Positions 19,074-27,504 of a stretch of 64,000 nucleotides of DNA are shown here, in pieces. The translations under genes and the position numbers were made by a program. The stretch lies in NCBI GenBank assembly GCA_016783545.1, contig JADHWJ010000004.1:27513-91512 (forward strand), in the 5' to 3' direction. This stretch comes from Candidatus Aenigmatarchaeota archaeon (GTDB lineage: Archaea; Aenigmatarchaeota; Aenigmatarchaeia; QMZP01). Each line of letters opens with the position of its first letter. The first letter of the stretch is position 1. The notes below the pieces were generated by a model. It had not been told where the DNA came from, did no database searches, and worked only from the letters and a program-made list of their open reading frames with translations.

Positions 19074-19949
19074 ATGAAAGTAAATGTAAAAAATCTTATT
19101 TATGTTGGCCTAGATTTCATATTTGAGAATGGAAACCCCTGGTTCATTGAAATGAACCCCCATGCTTATGGTGCATACAGCATAAAAACAATATCAGGTG
19201 AAGCAACACCACTTAAGAAACTTTCTAATTTTACAAAAAAATACAAGAATTTCTGCGCACTGGGTTGGGAGGAAGGTAAGAAAGAAAATACAAGATGGGC
19301 GGCAAATGAATTAAGGCATTACGGGACAAAAACTGAGTTATGCCTTGTCAAAGAGAATGTTAGGAGAAGAAAATATCTGAAAACGGTTGATGGTAAAGTT
19401 GTGGAGCCTGATTGTGTCTTCAAACATGGTCATATAGGTTTTCATCTTAGGGATTCAAAAGCAAAAATAATAAACCCGCATTATTTTTTCCATATCGCTG
19501 ATAAGTGGAATACCTATAAGATAATAGCCGATAAGGTTTTTAGGATGCCTAAGACATTTCTTGTAAAATCAAGAAAACAAGCAGATGATATAATCAGAAA
19601 AAATGGGGATGTATTCAAAAATGGATTTGTTATTAAACCAAGGAACAAATCCAAAGGTAGGGGATGCTTTGTTTTGGAAGTCGGTGACAAGATTCCGGCG
19701 ATAAGGGGCGAGAGAATACTCCAGCAGAGACTGATACCAGACCTTATCAAAGGAAAATATTATTGGGATGCGAGAGTTTTCGTTGTGAACGGAGAGATAG
19801 CAGGAAGTGAGATGAGAGTAACTGAAGATAAGATAACAAATGTGGCCCGTGGCGCGAAACCAACAATAGTTCCGAAAAAAATACTAGAAAAAGTATTAGG
19901 ACCATCTCTTAAAATAACAAAGGCACTTGACAGAGCAGAAAGGGAATAA
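19074..19949 (+). CDS. circularly permuted ATP-grasp ligase (paralog A)
   Basis: The N-terminus carries the normally C-terminal Mg-site strand VGLDFIFENGNPWFIEMNPHA. The protein then runs through IADKWNTYK, FVIKPRNKSKGRGCF, ILQQRLI, WDARVFVVNGE and ITNVARGA, and ends there. Confidence 0.55.
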   Translation: MKVNVKNLIYVGLDFIFENGNPWFIEMNPHAYGAYSIKTISGEATPLKKLSNFTKKYKNFCALGWEEGKKENTRWAANELRHYGTKTELCLVKENVRRRKYLKTVDGKVVEPDCVFKHGHIGFHLRDSKAKIINPHYFFHIADKWNTYKIIADKVFRMPKTFLVKSRKQADDIIRKNGDVFKNGFVIKPRNKSKGRGCFVLEVGDKIPAIRGERILQQRLIPDLIKGKYYWDARVFVVNGEIAGSEMRVTEDKITNVARGAKPTIVPKKILEKVLGPSLKITKALDRAERE

Positions 19950-19960
19950 ATTGATGACTT

Positions 19961-21034
19961 ATGTATCTAGGCGTATTAACCGAAAGAGAGGGCAAGGACA
20001 AATCTAATGATATAATTTTTTACTCCAGTAAATATTTTAAAGATATGGCAAGTATCTGCAAAGAAAAATGTATAGAGTTTTTTATTTTCTACAAGGATGA
20101 TGTTAATTGGAAGAAAAAAACAATTAAGGGATTTTTTCTAGAGAATGATGAATGGAAAAGAAAAAAAACAGTGTTTCCTGATGTTCTTTTTTTGTGGCCG
20201 GATATAGTTCATCCCACACGTCATAAAACAAAATATATGGAAATATCAAAAAAATTCAAAATACGTGTGAATTCATCGTCTGCGATAGAGGCCATGTGGG
20301 ATAAATTAGAAACATGTAATATTCTGAAAAGACATGGAATTGCAAGTGATGGTGCTATAAGACAGCCTGAGACCCTTTCTTATACAAAAGAAAATACAAG
20401 AAAACTTTTTAAAAAGCATAATTCGCTTTTCTTTAAGCCGAGATCTAGTACATGGGGATGGGGCATCTTTATGATTTCTAAAAATAGAGATGATTATACG
20501 ATAAACTATAAAGAAAATAAATGGAATGTTACGGCCAAGGAACTTTTCATTGAGATAGAAAAAATTATGAAAGATGCAAGTTATCTTGTACAAGAATCTG
20601 TAGATCTTGTAAAGTACAATGGAAGTGTTTTTGATGTAAGAACAGTTATACAAAAAAACAAAAAAGGTAAATGGGTTATTGCATTTATGGTAGTCAGAAA
20701 AGGTGTGAAAGGAAAGATTATATCAAATTTACATGGTGGTGGCAGAGATATAGCGGATATTGAAAAAGTGTTGAAAGAACTTTATGAAGACAGATATAAA
20801 AACATTCTTTCTAATATGAGGAAAGCTGCATTGAATTCAGCAAATGCATTTCCTAATGCTGGGATACTTGGTGTGGATATAATGACTGATGAGAAAGGAG
20901 CAGTCTATATAATAGAATTGAATGGAACACCAGGGATTTATGATTTTAGACATGTACCACTAAAACAAAAAAAAGATGTTTCAAGAAACATAGTTGAATA
21001 TGCGATCTATCTTCACAATAATAAAAATGTTTGA
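19961..21034 (+). CDS. ATP-grasp ligase, YheC/YheD (TTL-like) type, paralog of 18026-19054
   Basis: FKPRSSTWGWGI, YLVQESV, FDVRTVIQKNKKGKW, ISNLHGGGR and GVDIMTDEKGAVYIIELNGTPG. Shares IRQPETL.YTKENTRKLF with the paralog. Confidence 0.6.
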   Translation: MYLGVLTEREGKDKSNDIIFYSSKYFKDMASICKEKCIEFFIFYKDDVNWKKKTIKGFFLENDEWKRKKTVFPDVLFLWPDIVHPTRHKTKYMEISKKFKIRVNSSSAIEAMWDKLETCNILKRHGIASDGAIRQPETLSYTKENTRKLFKKHNSLFFKPRSSTWGWGIFMISKNRDDYTINYKENKWNVTAKELFIEIEKIMKDASYLVQESVDLVKYNGSVFDVRTVIQKNKKGKWVIAFMVVRKGVKGKIISNLHGGGRDIADIEKVLKELYEDRYKNILSNMRKAALNSANAFPNAGILGVDIMTDEKGAVYIIELNGTPGIYDFRHVPLKQKKDVSRNIVEYAIYLHNNKNV

Positions 21035-21093
21035 CAAAGTAGAAAAAATCATAGCATAAAACCATTTATTTAATCTCAAAACAATAATATTAT

Positions 21094-21984
21094 ATGAGCT
21101 TTGATTATAAAAACACCTACCTTCTCTTCGATTCAGGGAAACCAGGACCAATGTTTGTGGTACCGCATTCGGGCGTGGCTTTTCATAAACCAGGTGATTT
21201 CCAAGATGATGGCACGCATTTCATAGGTCAGAGGCTTGCGAATAGTAAAGGAAAGGCAATAATATCAATGATAACAAGGGAAAGGGATATTGGCCTAGAT
21301 TTCTACAGACTACCTCCGACAAAAAAACTCGCTCTGGAATATTATATTCATTTCAAGAACAATAGAAAGGATTTGACAAGGGATTTTAGGAGAAGATATT
21401 CTTGGGTTGCTGCTAACAGAAAAGAACATCGTAAAAAAGAAAAAATCTATAAAAATTTTTGGAAGGTTGTGCAGAATGCAAATAGTCCAACATATTTTAT
21501 ACATAGACAATTCTTTAATCCTATAAGGCATCCGAGCTTAATTGATGTTGTACCGTTCACATGTAATAGAAAAGTGCAATCCGCTGTCAGGAAAGTTAAT
21601 AAAAAATATGAAAAAATATTCAACTTCATACTACCTTTCTACAAGAAAGCATTTTTCTATAAGAGCAACTGCATACTTTTCAAAGATAAATTGGAAAATA
21701 ACTCTGGTATAGATCTATTCAGAAGTTCAGAACCAAGAATAATATGGAGAATGAATAGGTTCAGGGAGGCAATAAAGACTGATCCGTATATAAAGATTAC
21801 ATATAAAAAAAACTTCAAGGGGAAAAATACAAAGGGACTTGTTGAACACATATTACCAGAAAGGAATTATCCAATAATACAATTTGAGATATCAGAGTTC
21901 CTTACAAGAAGATTACCTGATCTGGCTGTACATCTGATAAAAGACATTATTAACGAAACAGAATGTTATGAAAAAAGAAAATAA
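21094..21984 (+). CDS. N-formylglutamate amidohydrolase (FGase)-like putative metallo-amidohydrolase, paralog 1
   Basis: FVVPHSGVAF...DDGTHFIG...ITRERDIGLDFYR resembles the FGase pattern PHxG...D.gt...R...D.NR. Shares YKNFWK and PSL.D.V.F with 22818-23741. Confidence 0.4.
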   Translation: MSFDYKNTYLLFDSGKPGPMFVVPHSGVAFHKPGDFQDDGTHFIGQRLANSKGKAIISMITRERDIGLDFYRLPPTKKLALEYYIHFKNNRKDLTRDFRRRYSWVAANRKEHRKKEKIYKNFWKVVQNANSPTYFIHRQFFNPIRHPSLIDVVPFTCNRKVQSAVRKVNKKYEKIFNFILPFYKKAFFYKSNCILFKDKLENNSGIDLFRSSEPRIIWRMNRFREAIKTDPYIKITYKKNFKGKNTKGLVEHILPERNYPIIQFEISEFLTRRLPDLAVHLIKDIINETECYEKRK

Positions 21985-22768
21985 TATGGGAGATCTAGTT
22001 AATTTCTTTAATCTTATTTCTAAAGGCATACTATGTGGTCTTGGCGCTGGTGGAGAATATAAGAAAAGGCCGATTGCTGTGAAAGCATTATTACATCCAG
22101 AAAAAGGCTATAAACATCTTATGGGAGAACTTATAGAATCTCTTAAAGAAGAAGATATAGCTGATGGTGATATTGTAATCTTTCCAGCAAAAATATTTGC
22201 AATAGCTCAGAAAAGACTTCTTCCAAGTGAATTTCTGGAAAAATATGGAAAGCCATCAAGACTTTTGAACAAAGAACTTGATATTCTGATTGGTGATGTG
22301 AAAAAAGAATTTAATATTGAAGTTGATAGACTTGATATACATGCTTCAGATAAAACGTATGTGAAAGAAGGATATAGTTCACTGCTTCCTAAAAATCCAA
22401 ATAAAATATCAGGTGATATCTCAAAATTGATTTTAAATAAATTTAAAAAGAACATAGATGTTGTTATAACAGATACACTGAATGTAAATGCAGTGACACA
22501 TTCTTTGCTTTCTGGGTTCCCTTCTTTAATTGCTATTCCAATAGGCGCCACAAATGGTTTGGTTCCGCATGATTTAATAAGAACATCAATTGCCGCAGAG
22601 ATTACAAGAAATAAAGAAAGAAATACTCCAATAGTTATTCTAAAAGCAGAAGAAGGCTTTGCTAGAGACGGCCCGAATATAGGAAAGTTTAGATACAACG
22701 GAAGAATTGATATGAAAAAGGAAGATGTTCCGGGATTTCTTAGAAATGTATGGAAAGATATTCAGTGA
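21968..22768 (+). CDS. CofE-like (F420-0:gamma-glutamyl ligase family-like) amide ligase
   Basis: DGDIVIFPAKIFAIAQKR and IDVVITDTLNV...AIPIGATNG resemble CofE motifs (GD.vv..sK..s.aeGr and vvitDT.gR...G..AiG). An alternative ATG at 21986 avoids the 17-nt overlap with the previous gene. Confidence 0.4.
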   Translation: MKKENNMGDLVNFFNLISKGILCGLGAGGEYKKRPIAVKALLHPEKGYKHLMGELIESLKEEDIADGDIVIFPAKIFAIAQKRLLPSEFLEKYGKPSRLLNKELDILIGDVKKEFNIEVDRLDIHASDKTYVKEGYSSLLPKNPNKISGDISKLILNKFKKNIDVVITDTLNVNAVTHSLLSGFPSLIAIPIGATNGLVPHDLIRTSIAAEITRNKERNTPIVILKAEEGFARDGPNIGKFRYNGRIDMKKEDVPGFLRNVWKDIQ

Positions 22769-22817
22769 ATAAATAATAAGTAAGAGCAAATGTAATTATA
22801 TTGTACATGGTGTTGAA

Positions 22818-23741
22818 ATGAAAGTTGAAATTAAAAATGGCTATATACATTTGAAAAACAAAGACGATCCTGTATATATAGTACTTCACACAGGACCCAA
22901 TTATAGCCTGCCAACAATAAGGGATACTAATTCAGATACTGTTGCAAGCCTTTGCTGGAAAAAGACAGGCGGAAGATTATTACTCTCTACAATGGCAAGA
23001 AATCCGTTGATAGGTGTTGATTTGAATAGGGAGGTACCTGATAAAAAAACCGCAATCAAAGAATGGAAAAACGCAGTAAATGAAAATGTTGTTGATTTCA
23101 AGAAGGTCTATGGGATGGTTGCGAAGAATGAAAAGGATTATGAAAAAAGAATAATGCTGTATAAGAATTTCTGGAAAATAGCAAAATCAACAGGAAAGCA
23201 TTTTATACTTTTGCATACACAGGATTTGAGAATAGGCAACTATCCAAGTCTTTTTGATATAGTAACTTTCGATGGAATAGGTATTAAGAAAGAAAGAACA
23301 ATGGAAATAATAAAAAAATTAAATAAAAAGTTCAGGAGAGAATTTTCCAATCTGGAAAATAATTTTAAAACGCGTTTGCTGGCATCTGCTAATTCAATAG
23401 AAACTGATAAAATGCTGAATAACACTGATGCATATGCGGAGTGGTTTGAAAGAGATACAGGTGTTATAAGAAAATATGGTGATAAAAATATTGTTAAGAG
23501 ATTGGAGAATAGCATAACAAAAGAGAATTTCATCAGGGCTGTTGAAAATGTTTTGAAAAAAGACATACCCCTGAAAATAACACTGGAACAGAATTTCTGG
23601 GGAGCAAAAGCATTTGCCCCTAAAAAGGAGCTCATAGGTAAAAACAGAAAAGTTGTTGAGATAGAAGTCAATGGATTCTTGAATAATTCATATCCAGAAC
23701 TGGTTGCAGACGTATTGGTTGAATTCGTTAAGATGCTATAA
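22818..23741 (+). CDS. FGase-like putative metallo-amidohydrolase, paralog 2
   Basis: YIVLHTGPNY...DTNSDTVA...ARNPLIGVDLNRE. Also YKNFWKIAK, FILLHTQ and PSLFDIVTF. Confidence 0.4.
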   Translation: MKVEIKNGYIHLKNKDDPVYIVLHTGPNYSLPTIRDTNSDTVASLCWKKTGGRLLLSTMARNPLIGVDLNREVPDKKTAIKEWKNAVNENVVDFKKVYGMVAKNEKDYEKRIMLYKNFWKIAKSTGKHFILLHTQDLRIGNYPSLFDIVTFDGIGIKKERTMEIIKKLNKKFRREFSNLENNFKTRLLASANSIETDKMLNNTDAYAEWFERDTGVIRKYGDKNIVKRLENSITKENFIRAVENVLKKDIPLKITLEQNFWGAKAFAPKKELIGKNRKVVEIEVNGFLNNSYPELVADVLVEFVKML

Positions 23742-23767
23742 TTTGGTTAATTCTAGAAGATAATTGT

Positions 23768-24655
23768 TTATAACATTTCACTAAAGTTCTCTATTACTTT
23801 TACGCATTTCTCTGCTCTTTTCTTGATTTTGTTTTCAATCTCTCCTGGAACTTCTTTAACAACACCACCAAGGCTTATGTTTGTCACAGGACTTTCAGAA
23901 ACCCTTAGCATAGAACCTATATATTTTCCGCCGACAACAAATGCCCTAAGGTCCCAATAATCGCCTTTCATTTTCTTTATGTTGACAATTTTTTGCAGAA
24001 GATATGGCTTCTTTATTTCAATGTTATCTATCTTGCTAATATCTTTGACTATGCGAATGCCACTGCCCTTTTCTCCAGTAGTTGGTTTAAGAACGAAACC
24101 CTTCTTGAACATCCTCTCATTTTCTTTCAGAGCCCTTTCCACATTACTCATATTCTTTACAAGAAAACTTGTGGGTGATCTTATGAATGCATTCCTTATC
24201 GCAAGGTAGCTTAGCCATTTATTTCTTGTAACCCTTATGACTTCGGGTGAGTTAATTTCAATTACATTCTCTGGGTTGTATTTGAACAAGGGTTTTCTTC
24301 TTAATAATGAATCAGCTTTTATTATGTTACCATCAATATCAACAAGTTTCGCCGAGTTTCTTTTGATTGATTTTTCATTCTCTTTGATGAGACAAATATG
24401 TACATCAAGTTTCTTTAGCCCATTTTTAATAAGGTTTATTGAAGTTTCGGTTTTCAGATAACGTTTTGGTGTTAGAAGTACAATATTTTCACATTTCCTT
24501 TTCTTTAGATATTTTTCAAGTGTTTTCACTGGTTTGATATTCTTGTATAATTCATGCCATATGAATATACCAGGAAATGAGTTGGCCTCTAAAAAGTATG
24601 GCCTCATTTCTTTATCGAATATAAAATCCAATCCAGCAAAGCTAAATTTATTCAT
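23768..24655 (-). CDS. circularly permuted ATP-grasp ligase (paralog B)
   Basis: N-terminal AGLDFIFDKEMRPYFLEANSFPG. It continues with TRNKWLSY, FVLKPTTGEKGSGI, YLLQKIV, WDLRAFVVGGK and VTNISLGG, and ends without a C-terminal Mg-site strand. Confidence 0.55.
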   Translation of the reverse strand: MNKFSFAGLDFIFDKEMRPYFLEANSFPGIFIWHELYKNIKPVKTLEKYLKKRKCENIVLLTPKRYLKTETSINLIKNGLKKLDVHICLIKENEKSIKRNSAKLVDIDGNIIKADSLLRRKPLFKYNPENVIEINSPEVIRVTRNKWLSYLAIRNAFIRSPTSFLVKNMSNVERALKENERMFKKGFVLKPTTGEKGSGIRIVKDISKIDNIEIKKPYLLQKIVNIKKMKGDYWDLRAFVVGGKYIGSMLRVSESPVTNISLGGVVKEVPGEIENKIKKRAEKCVKVIENFSEML

Positions 24656-24665
24656 GAATATTAAC

Positions 24666-26078
24666 CTATGTAAACTTTAGGTTTAGTTTCTCATAAACCT
24701 TTTCTGTAAGTTCTGAAGCCCATTTGTTCAATTTACCTGTTTTTGGATCTCTCATGGACCTCAGTGTTATAAGTCTCATTATTCTTTGGTGTGTGTTAAA
24801 AACAGCGCCTCTGTAAGGGACGCCATCACATATCAAAACATCGTCAGTATTTTTCAGTGACCGCATGTGATATGCATATCTTTTGAACACAAGCTCACCG
24901 TTCTTGAAACTATAAACACCAGGCTCAACATCACCCCAGACTTTCACAGGATCATTGAATTTATTTGTAATCAGTAAATGTGCCCCGGGTTTGTGTTTCT
25001 TTGATAATCTGTTCACTCTTTCATAATCAAGTTGGTAGTCTTCTCCGAGAAATTCAAGTATATGCAAAGCAAGGAATGGTATCTCACCATTTATTGACTG
25101 TATCATTGTTATTGTTGGAAATGAGCCAAGCATCCTGAAGTTACATTCTATTGGATATATGTTTTTCTTTTTCTGGTCCATTAACATATCTATGCCAAAT
25201 ATGCCCCTATAACCCCTTTCCCGCATATATTCTCCTATTTTATGTGCGTAATTATAAGCCTGTTCCCTTATGTTCTTTGGAAATCTTGCTGATTCCCAAT
25301 CATGACCTGCGAATACACCACTGCCTATATCTGAGTTTAAAACTTCAGGTATGTCTAAGAGCTGGTATTGGAGATTGGTATATAGTGTTCCATGCTTTGT
25401 TACGCAGCATGTTAGTGATGGTGAAGGGCCTTTCACAAACTTTGAAACAACAGCTCTTCCATCCCCATATCTTTCTTTTACAACCTCTTTCATTTTTTTA
25501 AAATCATCATCAGAATTTATAAAAAACGTGCCCTTGCCACCACTTGTACCAGGTACTTGGACAACAAAATTTCCAAATAATTTTTTCATTGATGTGTATT
25601 TCATTTTTGAAAAGAATTTTACTTTCCAAGGTATTGGCTTTAGTTTCAGTTCTTCAAGTATTTCCCTGAAGCCGATTTTGCCCATCTTAACATCCATTTC
25701 ATAAAGATTATTTCCCACAATATTTGTCCAACCCATTTTATCTGTTACCTTTATAACAGATTTTGTATATTTGTATAAGAGAAGATGTGGATTTCCAAGT
25801 TTGTTTATATAATTCTTAGTTGTCTTTGCTTTCAGTATGTTTGCAGTGTTTCTTTTCCTTTTCAATAAATTACTGCCCTCTTTTTTGCTTATGCAGAGAA
25901 CTTTTGCGTTTTTCCTAATAAGAATATTATCTTTACTGTTTCTGAGGCATATTATCTTATAATTTGGCAAGAAATCTTCTGATCCCACTCTATTAAACGC
26001 AGTAACACCTATACCAACAACGTCTTTGTTTATCTGCTTGAATCTTTTCTTTATGTCATCAAAGTTCTGTATAATCAT
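24666..26078 (-). CDS. large ATP-grasp ligase (470 aa) with N-terminal pre-ATP-grasp region
   Basis: FVVQVPGTSGGKGTFFI, AVVSKFVKG, GIFGIDMLMDQKKKNIYPIECNFR. Confidence 0.55.
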   Translation of the reverse strand: MIIQNFDDIKKRFKQINKDVVGIGVTAFNRVGSEDFLPNYKIICLRNSKDNILIRKNAKVLCISKKEGSNLLKRKRNTANILKAKTTKNYINKLGNPHLLLYKYTKSVIKVTDKMGWTNIVGNNLYEMDVKMGKIGFREILEELKLKPIPWKVKFFSKMKYTSMKKLFGNFVVQVPGTSGGKGTFFINSDDDFKKMKEVVKERYGDGRAVVSKFVKGPSPSLTCCVTKHGTLYTNLQYQLLDIPEVLNSDIGSGVFAGHDWESARFPKNIREQAYNYAHKIGEYMRERGYRGIFGIDMLMDQKKKNIYPIECNFRMLGSFPTITMIQSINGEIPFLALHILEFLGEDYQLDYERVNRLSKKHKPGAHLLITNKFNDPVKVWGDVEPGVYSFKNGELVFKRYAYHMRSLKNTDDVLICDGVPYRGAVFNTHQRIMRLITLRSMRDPKTGKLNKWASELTEKVYEKLNLKFT

Positions 26079-26141
26079 CTAACACCTTAATTTTTAAGAT
26101 ATTAATATTATAGTTAAACCAATAAAAAATAGAGGTGTATT

Positions 26142-26189
26142 ATGGGCTGTGGCTGCTGTGAAACTGATAAAAAGAAAAAGAAAAAATAA
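26142..26189 (+). CDS. candidate micro-ORF MGCGCCETDKKKKKK (15 aa)
   Basis: ATG at 26142 is preceded by GAGGTG (26132-26137) with a 4-nt spacer. It is divergent from the ATP-grasp gene start (26078) and stops 1 nt before the htpX stop. Too short to appear in the ORF track. Confidence 0.3.
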   Translation: MGCGCCETDKKKKKK

Positions 26190-26190
26190 T

Positions 26191-27012
26191 CTATTTTTTA
26201 ATTCTGAAACTTTCTAATCTTTCTATTCTTATTGCTAGTGGTGGATGTGTACTGAATAGTCCAGTGAACCAGTCAGTTCTGAAAGGATTGACTATCCACA
26301 TATGAGATGTTGCAGAGCTACCGCGCAGAGAAAACCTTTTTGATACATTTGAAATTCTTTTCAGTGCTGAAGACAAACCCTCTGGGTTCTTTGATATCAA
26401 TGCTCCCATATAATCTGCTTTTAGCTCCCTGGATCTCGAGACTGCTAATCTGATTAGAAGCGCAGCTATTGGTGCGAAAATAATTATCAAAAATAATCCA
26501 ATTACATTTCCTTCGCCTCTTCTCTGCCCGCCAAAGAACAGGCTCCAATATCCAATCTGCGCTAAGAATGAGATTGCACCTGCTATGGTTGCAACCAGAG
26601 TTGCAACAAGAACATCCCTATTTTTTATATGGGCAAGTTCATGTGCCATTACACCTTCCACTTCATCTTTTTCTAATTCCAAAAGACCCCTTGTCAAGGC
26701 AACTACCGATTTTTTTGGAGAACGTCCGCACGCAAATGCATTTGGAACCTCTGTTGGAATAATATATATTTTGGGTTTTGGGATACCTGCTTCTGCGGCC
26801 AAGTTCCTTATCATTGCATTTATTCTTTCATCTTCCAATGGCTTTGCTTTATACAATTTCAATATAATCTTGTCAGAATACCAATACGAAACAAAATTAA
26901 TAACCAATGCAAAAATCAGTGCAATACCAACACCAACAGCTCCAGCAAAAACCATACCTATGAATAAAAGAATACCAGTTAAAACACTGAAAAGTACTAT
27001 TGTTCTAATCAT
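26191..27012 (-). CDS. htpX: HtpX-like M48 zinc metalloprotease
   Basis: HELAHIKNRD zinc motif. Four TM segments. STHPPLAIRIERL near the C-terminus. Confidence 0.85.
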   Translation of the reverse strand: MIRTIVLFSVLTGILLFIGMVFAGAVGVGIALIFALVINFVSYWYSDKIILKLYKAKPLEDERINAMIRNLAAEAGIPKPKIYIIPTEVPNAFACGRSPKKSVVALTRGLLELEKDEVEGVMAHELAHIKNRDVLVATLVATIAGAISFLAQIGYWSLFFGGQRRGEGNVIGLFLIIIFAPIAALLIRLAVSRSRELKADYMGALISKNPEGLSSALKRISNVSKRFSLRGSSATSHMWIVNPFRTDWFTGLFSTHPPLAIRIERLESFRIKK

Positions 27013-27018
27013 ATTTGA

Positions 27019-27504
27019 TTATTTACCAAGTTCTTTATTAACTTTCAATATCTCAATAATATCCTGAATAGCCCCTTCAGATTCTTTTTTTGTTGTATTT
27101 ACCTCAAAAACTCTTTGTTTACATTTCTCCAAAGTTTCTGTCTTACAAACATCCATTATTTCTGCTTCTATATTCTCTTCTATCTTTTCCTTGGACCAGC
27201 CCCTTTTTTCCATTCTTTCTCTGAGCTCTTTTGGATCGCATCTTAAAACAATAACAATATCAGCTGGCATATCATGTGCATAGTGTGATTCTAAAATAAG
27301 ATTCCCTTTTATTTTCAGAACTTCTTTTTCTATTTTACCCAAATCAACTACTTCACATTCTCGTTTTTTATCATATCCAGAGTACAGATTCTTTTCTTTG
27401 GCAAGTTTGTTTAATTCTACAAGTTTCCAGCCAAGTTCTTTGGCTAAAAGTTTTGCAACTTCTGTTTTACCAGTACCTGGCGTGCCTGTTATTGCTATTT
27501 TCAT
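27019..27504 (-). CDS. fap7: Fap7/adenylate kinase isoenzyme 6-like NTPase
   Basis: MKIAITGTPGTGKTEVAKLLA P-loop. Size ~160 aa. Confidence 0.7.
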   Translation of the reverse strand: MKIAITGTPGTGKTEVAKLLAKELGWKLVELNKLAKEKNLYSGYDKKRECEVVDLGKIEKEVLKIKGNLILESHYAHDMPADIVIVLRCDPKELRERMEKRGWSKEKIEENIEAEIMDVCKTETLEKCKQRVFEVNTTKKESEGAIQDIIEILKVNKELGK

